64,000 bases of DNA from Acidimicrobiia bacterium (GTDB taxonomy: Bacteria > Actinomycetota > Acidimicrobiia > Spongiisociales > ZC4RG35). How positions within the stretch are numbered: the first letter of the stretch is position 1; the number at the start of each line of letters is the position of its first letter. Shown here piece by piece: positions 9,931-19,484 of the stretch. A model generated the notes under the pieces. It was not told where the DNA came from and ran no database searches. It saw nothing but the letters and a program-made list of their open reading frames with translations. The stretch is from the NCBI GenBank assembly GCA_015488325.1, contig WFOA01000028.1:38309-102308 (forward strand), read 5' to 3'. The translations under genes were made by a program, and so were the position numbers.

Positions 9931-11173
9931 GCCTGATCGCCGCTCCCAGGGACGCCAGCTTCCCCACATAGTCCTCGTATCCGCGGTCGATGTGCTCCAC
10001 CGCCCCCACCCGGGTGATCCCTTCGGCCCGCAGACCTGCCAGCACCAACGCGGCGCCCGCCCGGATGTCGGTGGCGAGCACCGGCGCACCCGACAGCCGT
10101 TCGACGCCGCGGATCACGGCGTGCTGCCATTCGGTGGTGATGTCGGCACCCATCCGGGCCAGCTCGCCGACATAGCGGAAGCGGGCGTCGTAGAGGTTCT
10201 CGGTGACGACGGAGGTGCCGTCGGCGACGGAGAGCAACGCCACCATCTGGGGGTGCATGTCGGTGTGGAACCCGGGAAACGGGAGGGTGGCGAAGTCGAC
10301 CGCCCGGGGACGGTCGGGTCCCCTCACCCGCAGCCATCCGTCGCCTCGGTCCACTTCGCATCCGGCTTCCGCCAGCTTTCGCAACTCCATCCGGAGATGT
10401 TCGGGGACGCACCCGGTGACGGTGACGTCGCCGCCGGTGATCGCCGCCGCCACGGCGAAGGTGCCTGCCTCGATCCGGTCGGGCACCACCGAACGTTCCA
10501 CCGCATCCAGGGCGTCCACGCCCTGGATGCGGATGAGGGCGGTGCCTTCTCCGGTGATCTCGGCTCCCATCGTCCGCAGATGCCGGGCCTGGTCGACGAT
10601 CTCGGGTTCCCGGGCGGCGTTGACGATGACGGTCTCGCCTTTGGCGAGTACCGCGGCCAGCATCAGGTTCTCGGTCGCCCCCACCGACGGGAACGGCAGC
10701 TCCACTTCGCATCCGCGCAGCCGCCCTTCGACCCGTCCGATGAGGACACCGTGCACCAGCTCGAAGTGGGCGCCCATACGTTCGAACCCTTCCAGGTGCC
10801 AGTCGATGGGACGTGCCCCCAGATCGTCGCCGCCGGGGAGGGGCACCCGGGCTTCGCCGACCCGTGCCAGCAGCGGACCCAACGCCACGATCGAGGCGCG
10901 CATCTGGCGGACCAGCTCGAGGGGTGCTTCGGGACGCAGCTCGGCGGGGACGACGAGGGTCAGCTCATGGCCGTCCCGTCGACACACCACCCCGAACCGG
11001 CTCAAGAGTTCGGCCATCAGCCGCACGTCGAGGATGTCGGGGACGTTGGACAGCCGGTGCAGACCGGGGGCGAGGAGGGTCGCCACCATCTCCTTCAAGA
11101 CGGCGTTCTTCGCTCCGAGGACCCCGACGGTGCCCCGGAGACGCCGGCCTCCTTCGACGACGATCTCGGTCAT
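9923..11173 (-). CDS. murA: UDP-N-acetylglucosamine 1-carboxyvinyltransferase
   Basis: 416 aa, MTEIVVEGGRRLRGTVGVLGAKNAVLKEMVATLLAPG, full-length MurA architecture. Confidence 0.92.
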   Translation of the reverse strand: MTEIVVEGGRRLRGTVGVLGAKNAVLKEMVATLLAPGLHRLSNVPDILDVRLMAELLSRFGVVCRRDGHELTLVVPAELRPEAPLELVRQMRASIVALGPLLARVGEARVPLPGGDDLGARPIDWHLEGFERMGAHFELVHGVLIGRVEGRLRGCEVELPFPSVGATENLMLAAVLAKGETVIVNAAREPEIVDQARHLRTMGAEITGEGTALIRIQGVDALDAVERSVVPDRIEAGTFAVAAAITGGDVTVTGCVPEHLRMELRKLAEAGCEVDRGDGWLRVRGPDRPRAVDFATLPFPGFHTDMHPQMVALLSVADGTSVVTENLYDARFRYVGELARMGADITTEWQHAVIRGVERLSGAPVLATDIRAGAALVLAGLRAEGITRVGAVEHIDRGYEDYVGKLASLGAAIRRA

Positions 11174-11256
11174 GTGGCGCCGAGTGTACGGCTCCGGGAG
11201 TTCCCGATCACCGGTCCTGCCGGTACGCTGCCCGCCGACACGACCGAGGAGCCGAC

Positions 11257-11703
11257 GTGCGCATCGCCTTGGGTGCCGACCATGCAGGATTCGAGATGAA
11301 GGGCGTCGTCGCCCGGCATCTCGCCGAGCAGGGGTTCACCGTCTTCGATCTGGGGACACATTCGGCCGACCCGGTGGACTACCCGGATTTCGCCGCGGCC
11401 GTCGCCCGGGCGGTGGCGGACGGACGGGCAGACCGCGGGATCGTCGTCTGCGGGTCGGGGGCGGGGGCGTCGATCGCCGCCAACAAGGTCCGTGGTGTCC
11501 GTGCGACGGTGGCCCACGACACGTACACGGCGCACCAGGGGGTCGAACACGACGACGTCAACGTCCTCGCCTTGGGGAGCCGAGTGATCGGCCCGGCACT
11601 GGCTCTGGAGCTCGTCGACGCCTTCCTCACCGCCCGGTTCAGCGGCGAGGAGCGCCATGTGCGACGCCTCGAGAAGGTGAAGGCCCTCGACGACGCCCGC
11701 TGA
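11257..11703 (+). CDS. rpiB: ribose-5-phosphate isomerase B
   Basis: GTG start inside track ORF 10813..11703. VRIALGADHAGFEMK...GIVVCGSGAGASIAANK matches the RpiB/LacAB signature. Confidence 0.85.
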   Translation: MRIALGADHAGFEMKGVVARHLAEQGFTVFDLGTHSADPVDYPDFAAAVARAVADGRADRGIVVCGSGAGASIAANKVRGVRATVAHDTYTAHQGVEHDDVNVLALGSRVIGPALALELVDAFLTARFSGEERHVRRLEKVKALDDAR

Positions 11704-11708
11704 CCCGG

Positions 11709-12359
11709 TCACCCGGCCGGGCTCGACCCCTGGGGACCGCCCAGGCCGGTGGCCTCCCCGGTCTTCGCCACCTGCCACACGGTGGGTAGCAGTTCGTTGG
11801 GGAGGCGGCCGGTGAAGCGCATCACGACCCGATTGTCGCCGTCGAGGATCAGCCAGAACGGGAACGACGCCACCCCGTACGCCTGGCCGGCGCTGTTCGA
11901 TTCGTCGTCGAGGATGATCGGCGCCGGCCAGTTCTCGTCTTTGAGCCATTCCTGGGGTGGGAAGTTCGCCCTCGTCGGGTCGGTGGAGGTCGCCACCGCG
12001 TAGAGGTCGACGTCGGGATCGCCGCCGGTGGCCTCCAGCCAGTCGACGAGGTCGGGGACCTCAGCCTGGCAGAAGGGACACCAGTGGGCGAGGACGAGGA
12101 CGACCTTGTTCCGCCCGTCCGGTCCGATGGTGACGACGTTGCCTTCGGGGTCGGTGCCGGTGACGGTGGGGGTCACCAGACCGGTGGCGACGTCGCTGGA
12201 CGGGTCGACGAGGACGGGGAGCGGGTTGCCCTCCACGGTCACCTCACCGTAAGCGTCTTCGATGTTGGTGGGGACCTCGCTGGCGATCGAGGCGGCGATG
12301 GCGACGACCAGCGCCAGGCCGAGGACGACGGCGACTCCGATCAGCAGTCTGCGGTTCAC
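11709..12359 (-). CDS. TlpA/ResA-family thiol-disulfide oxidoreductase (thioredoxin fold, membrane-anchored)
   Basis: GTG start (VNRRLLIGVAVVLGL, a TM anchor). Active site WCPFC is present. 4-nt overlap with the upstream dsbB-like gene. Confidence 0.75.
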   Translation of the reverse strand: MNRRLLIGVAVVLGLALVVAIAASIASEVPTNIEDAYGEVTVEGNPLPVLVDPSSDVATGLVTPTVTGTDPEGNVVTIGPDGRNKVVLVLAHWCPFCQAEVPDLVDWLEATGGDPDVDLYAVATSTDPTRANFPPQEWLKDENWPAPIILDDESNSAGQAYGVASFPFWLILDGDNRVVMRFTGRLPNELLPTVWQVAKTGEATGLGGPQGSSPAG

Positions 12360-12886
12360 GACGATCCTCTCGGTGACGGCGACGTTCGGAATGCTATGAG
12401 AACGGCCGAGATGAACAGAAATCCGGCGAACGCCATGAAGGGGATGGAGACGAAGCCGAACTCGTTGACGTATTTGGCCGTGCAGGGAACGCCCGCCGTG
12501 CACGCCCCGGTGTCGGCGCTGGGGAAGGTCTGGATGAAGTAGTGGTAGACGCTGATCGCCCCTCCGGTGATGGAGAGGGGCAGCACGTACGAGCGCAGCG
12601 CCGGGTCACGTCGGGCCGCACCGACGGCGAGGACGAAGACGAGGGGGTACATGGCGATCCGCTGGTACCAGCACAGCCGGCACGGTTCGAACCCGTACAC
12701 CTCCGAGTAGGTGAGGCTGCCTGCCGTGGCCGTCGCCGCCACGATGAGGGCGAGCCATGGTGCGAGGTCGCCGAAACCGGCGGCGGCGAGACGCCGCCGC
12801 ACGGGCGGCACGACCACCACGACCCCCGCCGCCAGCGCGAAGAGGGCGAGGAGGGCGACGAAACGGTTGTAGACGAAGACGGACAC
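12356..12886 (-). CDS. disulfide bond formation protein B (DsbB/BdbC family)
   Basis: 176 aa polytopic membrane protein. BdbC signature EPCRLCWYQRIAMYP and second Cys pair GACTAGVPCT are present. Confidence 0.75.
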   Translation of the reverse strand: MSVFVYNRFVALLALFALAAGVVVVVPPVRRRLAAAGFGDLAPWLALIVAATATAGSLTYSEVYGFEPCRLCWYQRIAMYPLVFVLAVGAARRDPALRSYVLPLSITGGAISVYHYFIQTFPSADTGACTAGVPCTAKYVNEFGFVSIPFMAFAGFLFISAVLIAFRTSPSPRGSS

Positions 12887-12986
12887 CGGTTACCGAAATC
12901 CTAGGCATCCCACGACGGCGGTCAGGTTCCGACAGGTGTCGGGAACCTTCGACGCCGCGACGGCGTCTATACGGGGAGAGTGAGAC

Positions 12987-13688
12987 TTGGGGGCGGCCGG
13001 CGTGACGAAGTGGGCTCGGGTGGTCACGTTCCTGTTGGTGGTCTGGGCGTGTGCCCCTACCCCGATCACGGTGCCCGACGGTTTCCAGCTCGCATGCAGC
13101 CCCGACAGCGCGGTGCGTTTCCCGGCCACGTTCGTCCCCGGACCGCGGTTCACCGCGGACGAGTTCACCGTGACGACGGAACAGGGCCGGGCCCTCGCCG
13201 AGTTCTTCCGGGACGGCGACGACATCTCCCTCTACCGTGAAGCCGAAGGCTTCTCGGTGGTGTCCGACACCCTGGTCCTCGCCTACCGGGACCGTGTCCC
13301 GTCGGCCTTCTTCCTCCTCGAAGGCGACCGGATCCTCGAATGGGGGCCCTGTCGTCCAAGCCTGGTCGACGAGATGAGGTTCTCGGTTCGTTGGCGCCCC
13401 ATCGGTCCCCTCGGACCCGACGTCTCCACCTTCCGGATCGAAGTGGACACGTCCCGCTGCATCACGCCCGAAGGGGAGAACGTCCCCGCCGAGGTGACCT
13501 CCGTCGAGGTGACCGAAGGCCGTGACGCCGTCACCGTCGTGGTGTGGTCCGTGGAGCCGCCCCGCGGGTCCTGTGTCCCCCTGCGGGGAGCCGTCACCAC
13601 CATCGTCCGCCTCGACGAGCCCCTCGGCGACCGGGCTCTCCTCGACGGCGGCACGGTACCGCCGGCCAGCCCCGACGGCAGCCGCTGA
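12987..13688 (+). CDS. hypothetical secreted protein (signal peptide, Cys-containing)
   Basis: 233 aa with hydrophobic N-terminus VTFLLVVWACAPTP. I recognise no domain. Confidence 0.45.
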   Translation: MGAAGVTKWARVVTFLLVVWACAPTPITVPDGFQLACSPDSAVRFPATFVPGPRFTADEFTVTTEQGRALAEFFRDGDDISLYREAEGFSVVSDTLVLAYRDRVPSAFFLLEGDRILEWGPCRPSLVDEMRFSVRWRPIGPLGPDVSTFRIEVDTSRCITPEGENVPAEVTSVEVTEGRDAVTVVVWSVEPPRGSCVPLRGAVTTIVRLDEPLGDRALLDGGTVPPASPDGSR

Positions 13689-13744
13689 TCCCCCTTCGGG
13701 CCCCGGGTTAGCATCGCCCCCGCAGGAAAGGAGCCGCCGAACCG

Positions 13745-14089
13745 ATGGCTGTGCAACCCAGACCGGATCTCCGGGTCGCCGCCAAGCTGTTCCGCGGGTT
13801 CGCCGATCCGACGAGGTTGGCGATCCTCGAGGCCCTCGCCGACGCCGGCGAACTGCGGGTGAAGGACATCGTGGAGCGCCTCGGCGGATCCCAATCGACC
13901 ATCTCGGGCCATCTGAGCTGTCTCAAGGACTGCGGGTTGGTCCACGATCGGCATGAGGGCCGGCAGGTGTTCTACCGGATCTCCGCACCCGAGGTGGTGG
14001 AGGCGGTGCGTTCCGCCGAGAAGGTGCTCGCCGTCGCGGGCCACCGCATCGAGATCTGCCCGAACTACCGGAGCGACATGAACCCGTGA
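13745..14089 (+). CDS. ArsR/SmtB-family metal-responsive transcriptional repressor
   Basis: 114 aa. HTH region AILEALADAGELRVKDIVERLGGSQSTISGHLSCLKDCGLV, an alpha5 DxH motif, and C-terminal His/Cys. AGGAAAGGAG SD upstream. Confidence 0.8.
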   Translation: MAVQPRPDLRVAAKLFRGFADPTRLAILEALADAGELRVKDIVERLGGSQSTISGHLSCLKDCGLVHDRHEGRQVFYRISAPEVVEAVRSAEKVLAVAGHRIEICPNYRSDMNP

Positions 14090-14159
14090 TCCACCGATAT
14101 CATCGGTCGATCTCGATGTAAGCTGGCGCGCCGTCGCCGCCGGCCGGGAGATCGCCTCG

Positions 14160-16082
14160 ATGCAGAACCACGAAGACACCGAAGCGCACGAGGAGCTCTA
14201 CCTCGGACCGTGGTGGCGGTTCCCGCCCCTCCGCAACGCCGCCCTGTCGGGAATCGTCCTGGCCGCCACCTACGTCCTCGAACGAACCGACGTCGTCCCC
14301 ACCGGTGCCGCCGTCGCCCTCTACGTCCTCGCCGCGGTACTGGGCGCCTCGCACTGGGGTCCGGAAGCGGTCGAGTCGCTCAGGGAGCGGCGAATCGACA
14401 TCGACGTGCTCATGGCCTCCGCCACCGTCGGCTCCGCCGTGCTGGGGCTGTGGGAGGAGGCCGCCTTCCTCGCCTTCCTGTATGGGGCTGCCGAAGGCCT
14501 CGAAGAGTTCACCTACGACCGCACCCGCGGCGCCATCCGGGCACTGCTCGATCTCGCCCCCAAGGAGGCGACGGTGATCACGCCCGACGGGGAGAAGGTG
14601 GTCCCCGCCGAAGCGCTCGCCGTGGGCGACGTCATGCTCGTGAAACCGGGAGAGAGCCTGGCGACCGACGGCACGATCAAGACCGGCCACACCAGCCTCG
14701 ACGAAGCGGCGGTGACCGGTGAATCCGTCCCCGTCGAGAAAGGCCCCGGAGACGACGTGTACGCCGGGACGGTGAACCTCACCGGCGCCATCGAGGTCGT
14801 GGTGAGCCGGACCTTCGCCGACAACACCCTGTCCCAGATCATCCACCTGGTCGAACAGGCCCAGGAGGCGAAGACCCCCACCCAGCGCCTCATCGACCGG
14901 TTCGGACGCGTCTACAGCCCCGCCGTGCTGGCCGGGAGCGTCTTCCTCGCCGTCGTCCCGCCCCTGTTCGGCGGGGACCCGTCGGAATGGTTCCGGCGGG
15001 CCGTAACCCTGGCCGTGGCCGGCGCACCCTGCGCCCTGGTCATGTCCACCCCGGTGGCCGTCGCCGCAGCCGTCGGTTCGGCCGGAAAGCAGGGGGTGCT
15101 GATCAAAGGCGGCGTCCACCTCGAAAACCTGGGCAGGGTCGAGGTGGTGGCGATGGACAAGACCGGCACCCTGACCCGAGGCACCCCCCAGGTGACCGAC
15201 GTCGTCCCCCTCACCGAACTCGATACGGCCGAGCTGCTCCAGGTGGCCGCGGCGGTCGAGTCCCTCTCCGAGCACCCCCTCGGTCAGGCGATCGTGCGCC
15301 GGGCCCGCGCCGACGGCGTCGAGGTCACGAGGCCGACCTCCTTCCAGGCCCTCACCGGCGGCGGCGCCAAGGCCCGGATCGGTGAACAGGAGATGTACGT
15401 CGGGAGCGTACGGCTCTTCGACGAGCTGGGCGCCGAGCTCGACGACGCCGAGCCGCTGGTCGAACGCCTCCAAGGCGAAGGCAAGACGGTGGTCCTCGTC
15501 GGGACACCCGGTGCCGTGGCCGGGGTCATCGCCCTCCAAGACGAGTTCCGTCCCGAAGCTCCCGAAGCCCTCACCGCGCTCCACCGGATCGGGATCCGCA
15601 CCGTCGTCATGCTCACCGGCGACAACCGCCGCACCGCCGCCGCCATCGCCCGACGCCTCGGGATCGACGACGTCCGGGCCGAGCTGAAACCCGCCGACAA
15701 GAGCCGAGCCGTCACCGAGCTCCAAGAGACTTTGGGCCCGACGGCGATGGTGGGCGACGGGATCAACGACGCACCGGCCCTCGCCACCGCCACGGTGGGG
15801 ATCGCCATGGGCACCGTCGGCACCGACGCCGCCATCGAAGCCGCCGACGTGGCCCTCATGGGCGACGACCTCCGGCGGGTGCCCTACGCGGTGTCCCTGG
15901 GACGCCAGACCCGCCACATCAGCCGCCAGAACGTCGCGTTCTCGATCCTGATCCTGGTGGTGCTGGTCCCGTCGGCGGTGTTGGGATGGATCAGCGTCGC
16001 CGGCGCCGTCCTCACCCACGAGGTCTCCGAGATCATCGCCGTCTTCAACGGCCTGCGGGCTCGGCGCCCCCGGACGGACTGA
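14160..16082 (+). CDS. heavy-metal translocating P1B-type ATPase (no N-terminal metal-binding domain; APC TM motif; P1B-4-like)
   Basis: 640 aa with DKTGTLT, GDGINDAPAL, TM motif VAGAPCALVMSTP and C-terminal ...THEVSEIIAVFNGLR. Confidence 0.88.
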   Translation: MQNHEDTEAHEELYLGPWWRFPPLRNAALSGIVLAATYVLERTDVVPTGAAVALYVLAAVLGASHWGPEAVESLRERRIDIDVLMASATVGSAVLGLWEEAAFLAFLYGAAEGLEEFTYDRTRGAIRALLDLAPKEATVITPDGEKVVPAEALAVGDVMLVKPGESLATDGTIKTGHTSLDEAAVTGESVPVEKGPGDDVYAGTVNLTGAIEVVVSRTFADNTLSQIIHLVEQAQEAKTPTQRLIDRFGRVYSPAVLAGSVFLAVVPPLFGGDPSEWFRRAVTLAVAGAPCALVMSTPVAVAAAVGSAGKQGVLIKGGVHLENLGRVEVVAMDKTGTLTRGTPQVTDVVPLTELDTAELLQVAAAVESLSEHPLGQAIVRRARADGVEVTRPTSFQALTGGGAKARIGEQEMYVGSVRLFDELGAELDDAEPLVERLQGEGKTVVLVGTPGAVAGVIALQDEFRPEAPEALTALHRIGIRTVVMLTGDNRRTAAAIARRLGIDDVRAELKPADKSRAVTELQETLGPTAMVGDGINDAPALATATVGIAMGTVGTDAAIEAADVALMGDDLRRVPYAVSLGRQTRHISRQNVAFSILILVVLVPSAVLGWISVAGAVLTHEVSEIIAVFNGLRARRPRTD

Positions 16083-16092
16083 CCCGAGCCGG

Positions 16093-17004
16093 TCAGACAG
16101 CGTCCATCAGTTCGCGACAGCGGGCAGGCGAGGGAAACGACATCTGTGTCCCTGGCCGGGTGACGCTCTCGGTCGCGCAGCGGACCCCCAACCGAACCGC
16201 ACGCTCCTCACCGAGTCCGACCGCCAGCCCGAAGGCGAAGGCTCCGACGAACGCATCACCCGCGCCGGTCGTGTCGACTGCCTCCACCGTGTCGGCGGGA
16301 TGGCGAACCACGGCCCCTGCCGACGTCACCAGCGCCGCCCCGTCGGCACCCAAGGTGACCACCAGGCGGACACCGGCCTCCCGGGCGTAGGAGATCATGG
16401 CTTCGTCGGTCGGTTCGGACCCGGCGAGGAGACGGAACTCCCCTTCGTTCGGCACCAACCACTCGGTCCCTTCGAGCAGCGCCGCCTCCAGCGGGGCGGC
16501 CGGAGCCGGGTTGAGGACGGTGACGGCACCCCGCTCCCGGGCGGCGCCGAACGCCGCCGCGGTGACCGCCTGGGGGATCTCGAGCTGGCCGAGCACCACC
16601 GCCACCGGGTCGAGATCGTCGACGGCCTCCACCGCTTGTTCAGCGGTCATCGCATGGTTGGCACCCGGCACGATCACGATCCGGTTCGTCCCGTCCGGTT
16701 CCACCCAGATGGGCGCGACCCCCGACGGGCCCGGCACCCGCCGGACGTGGGTCGTGTCGATGCCGTACGAGGCGAAGTTCTCGAGGGTCATGTCCCCGTA
16801 GGCGTCGTCGCCCAGGCAGTTGACCATGGCGACGTCCGCCCCCAAGAGCCTGGCCATCACCGCCTGGTTCGCTCCTTTGCCACCGAACCCCATCTGGAAC
16901 CGCTCCCCCACCAGGGTCTCCCCGGCGGCCGGGATCCGAGGGGTGTAGGCGATCAGGTCGATCATCGTCGAGCCGACGACGACGATCCGCGGCGAAGGAC
17001 GCAC
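16093..17004 (-). CDS. rbsK: ribokinase / PfkB-family carbohydrate kinase
   Basis: 303 aa with GGKGANQAV and the C-terminal DTTGAGDAFVGAF motif. Confidence 0.8.
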   Translation of the reverse strand: MRPSPRIVVVGSTMIDLIAYTPRIPAAGETLVGERFQMGFGGKGANQAVMARLLGADVAMVNCLGDDAYGDMTLENFASYGIDTTHVRRVPGPSGVAPIWVEPDGTNRIVIVPGANHAMTAEQAVEAVDDLDPVAVVLGQLEIPQAVTAAAFGAARERGAVTVLNPAPAAPLEAALLEGTEWLVPNEGEFRLLAGSEPTDEAMISYAREAGVRLVVTLGADGAALVTSAGAVVRHPADTVEAVDTTGAGDAFVGAFAFGLAVGLGEERAVRLGVRCATESVTRPGTQMSFPSPARCRELMDAV

Positions 17005-17041
17005 AGTCAGCCCTCCCGTTGAAGACGGCGAGCCGAGACAG

Positions 17042-17114
17042 TAGCCCCGACGGGATTCGAACCCGCGTTACCGGCTTGAAAGGCCGGCGTCCTAGACCGC
17101 TGGACGACGGGGCC
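17042..17114 (-). tRNA. tRNA-Glu (anticodon TTC)
   Basis: Reverse complement GGCCCCGTCGTCCAGCGGTCTAGGACGCCGGCCTTTCAAGCCGGTAACGCGGGTTCGAATCCCGTCGGGGCTA folds as a cloverleaf. Anticodon loop is CTTTCAA. No encoded CCA. Confidence 0.85.
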
Positions 17115-17270
17115 GGGCATACGGACGGTATGTGCGTCCCGGCATGCTACCCCGAATGTGACACCGTCCTGTCTCCCCTTCGGCCGGCCCGCCCGGGTCC
17201 CCCTCCCCACGACGGCGCCCGCCTTCCGCCTGCCCCGGTCTCGGGGCCACGGCGACCGGCGCCGGCGCCG

Positions 17271-18716
17271 TCACCGAAGGGTGTCGTCCGATCCCGACGC
17301 GAGCCGCCTCCGAGCCTCCTGCAGCCGGGCGAGGGTCCGGTCCCGACCGAGGGCGGCGAGACTCTCGAACAGCGGCGGGCTCACCGACGAGCCGGTCACC
17401 GCCACCCTGATGGGCTGCAGGCCTTTGCGGGCACCGACCTCCAGATCCGCCAGCATGGCCCGCAACGCCGCTTCGATCGACTCCGAATCCCACGGGTCGA
17501 CCGCCTCCAGCCTCCGGGCCGCCTCTTCCAGCACCTGCTCGGCACCGGGTTTCATGACCTTCGACCACGACCGCTCGTCGTAGCCGATCTCGTCTTCGAA
17601 GAGGAACCGCACCTGGTCCACCACTTCGGAGAGCACCTTCACCCGTTCTTGGACGAGGGCGGCGACCTCACAGAACCTGGCCCATTCGTCGGCGGTGAGC
17701 CCGCGGGTCAGCCCTCGCTCCAGGAACGGCCGGGCTCGGGCGGCGAACTCGTCGGTGGTGAGCCGGGTGCGGATGTACTCGCCGTTCATCCAGTCGAGTT
17801 TGTCCCGGTCGAAGATCGCCGGGTTCTTCGACACCGAAGACAGCTCGAAGGCCTCGACCGCGGCCTGGCGCGAGAAGATCGTCGTCTCCGCATCCAGGGA
17901 CCAGCCCAACAGCGCCAGGTAGTTGAACATCGCCTCCGGGAGGTACCCGGCCTCCCGGTAGGAACGCAGCGCCGTGTCGCCGTGGCGCTTGGACAGCTTC
18001 TTTCCGTCGGGGCCGAACAGGAGGGGCAGGTGGGCGTAGGTGGCGGGGACCGCCCCCATCGCCCGGGCCAACAGGATGTGTTTGGGGGTGGACGACAGCA
18101 GGTCTTCTCCCCGGACGACGTGGCTGATCTCGTAGTCGACGTCGTCGACGGTCGACGCGAGGTGGTAGGTGGGGGTGCCGTCCGACCGGAGGATCACGAA
18201 GTCGTCGACGACTTCGGGGCTGAAGGTCATCTCGCCACGGACGACGTCGTCGAAGGTGACCGGCGCGTCTTGGGGTACGGAGAAACGGATGACACCCGAG
18301 GTCGCTTCACGGTCGGGCCGACGGATGTAGAACCCGGGGTGCTTGCCTTCCTTCTGGGCGCGGCGCCGAAGCTCGTCGAGCTCCTCGGGGCTTCGATCGT
18401 CGAGGTAGGCCCGTCCGGTGGCGACGAGGTCCTCGGCCACCTGCCGGTAGCGGTCGAAACGGTCCGACTGGCGGTAGCTGCCGTGGGGACCACCGACGCC
18501 GACGCCTTCGTCCCAGTCGAGCCCGAGCCAGCGAAGACCGTCGAGGATGTCCCGTTCGAACTCGGGATCGGAACGGGCCACGTCGGTGTCGTCGATCCGC
18601 AGGATGAAGGTGCCGCCTTCGTGACGGGCGAACAGCCAGTTGAACAGCGCCGCCCGGGCGTTGCCGACGTGGAGGTAGCCGGTCGGCGACGGGGCGATCC
18701 GGACCCGGACGCTCAT
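17271..18716 (-). CDS. gltX: glutamate--tRNA ligase
   Basis: 481 aa, [27 protein letters not shown] (HIGH motif) and KLSKRHG (KMSKS). Confidence 0.92.
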   Translation of the reverse strand: MSVRVRIAPSPTGYLHVGNARAALFNWLFARHEGGTFILRIDDTDVARSDPEFERDILDGLRWLGLDWDEGVGVGGPHGSYRQSDRFDRYRQVAEDLVATGRAYLDDRSPEELDELRRRAQKEGKHPGFYIRRPDREATSGVIRFSVPQDAPVTFDDVVRGEMTFSPEVVDDFVILRSDGTPTYHLASTVDDVDYEISHVVRGEDLLSSTPKHILLARAMGAVPATYAHLPLLFGPDGKKLSKRHGDTALRSYREAGYLPEAMFNYLALLGWSLDAETTIFSRQAAVEAFELSSVSKNPAIFDRDKLDWMNGEYIRTRLTTDEFAARARPFLERGLTRGLTADEWARFCEVAALVQERVKVLSEVVDQVRFLFEDEIGYDERSWSKVMKPGAEQVLEEAARRLEAVDPWDSESIEAALRAMLADLEVGARKGLQPIRVAVTGSSVSPPLFESLAALGRDRTLARLQEARRRLASGSDDTLR

Positions 18717-19477
18717 GCCGCCACCACCCGGTTCTGCAGGGTCCCGATCCCGTCCACCTCCACCTCCATGAGGTCACCCGGCTGCACCGGCCCCACCCCC
18801 GACGGGGTCCCGGTCAGCAGCACGTCGCCGGGGAGCAGCGTCATGATCTGGGTGACGAACTCGATCAGTTCGGCCACACCGAAGATCATGTCCGCGGTGA
18901 AGCCGGCCTGACGAACCTCGCCGTTGACCCGACAGATCACCGCCAGCCGCTCCAGGGGGTCGAGTTCGGTCTCGATGGCCGGGCCGAGGGGACAGAAGGT
19001 GTCGAAACTCTTGGCTCGTCCGAAACACCCCCGGTCTCGACGTTGGAGGTCCCGGGCGGTGACGTCGTTGGCGGCGGTGTACCCGAACACGTACTGGGAG
19101 GCGTCTTCTGCTTTGACGTGTCGGGCGACCTTCCCGATCACCACCGCCAGCTCCGCCTCGTGGTGGACCTCCTTCGAGACGGCCGGGTAGACGACCGGGC
19201 GGTCCGGACCGACCACCGCCGTCGCCGGTTTGAGGAAGATCAGCGGCTCCGGCGGCACCTCGTTGCCGAGCTCTTCGGCATGTTCGACGTAGTTGCGTCC
19301 GACACAGACCACCTTCGACGGGAGGACCGGGGCCAGGAGCTGCACCCGATCCCACGGGACCAGCGTCTCGGTGGGTTCCCACGCCACGAAGGGGCTGCCC
19401 CGATAGGGCGTCACCCCTTCGGCCTCCGCCAGCCCGTACGCGATGTCGTCCCCCGTCTTGAACCGGACGATCTTCAT
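18713..19477 (-). CDS. fumarylacetoacetate hydrolase (FAH) family protein
   Basis: Internal ATG of track ORF ([15 protein letters not shown]...) gives 254 aa. 4-nt overlap with the gltX start. Confidence 0.8.
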   Translation of the reverse strand: MKIVRFKTGDDIAYGLAEAEGVTPYRGSPFVAWEPTETLVPWDRVQLLAPVLPSKVVCVGRNYVEHAEELGNEVPPEPLIFLKPATAVVGPDRPVVYPAVSKEVHHEAELAVVIGKVARHVKAEDASQYVFGYTAANDVTARDLQRRDRGCFGRAKSFDTFCPLGPAIETELDPLERLAVICRVNGEVRQAGFTADMIFGVAELIEFVTQIMTLLPGDVLLTGTPSGVGPVQPGDLMEVEVDGIGTLQNRVVAA

Positions 19478-19484
19478 CGCAGTC

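Noticed and set aside
14090-14159. CCGAT-ATC-ATCGG inverted repeat as a defined ArsR operator.
   Set aside because: The arms are only 5 bp with a 3-nt spacer, unlike 12-2-12 SmtB/ArsR operators. It is mentioned only as a possibility inside the ArsR/ATPase finding.
14100-16019. 639-aa minus-strand ORF.
   Set aside because: It is antisense to the P-type ATPase, low-complexity, and has no domain signatures.
17019-18911. 630-aa plus-strand ORF covering tRNA-Glu and gltX.
   Set aside because: It is an antisense/alternate-frame artefact. It contains the tRNA-Glu sequence and opposes a bona fide gltX.
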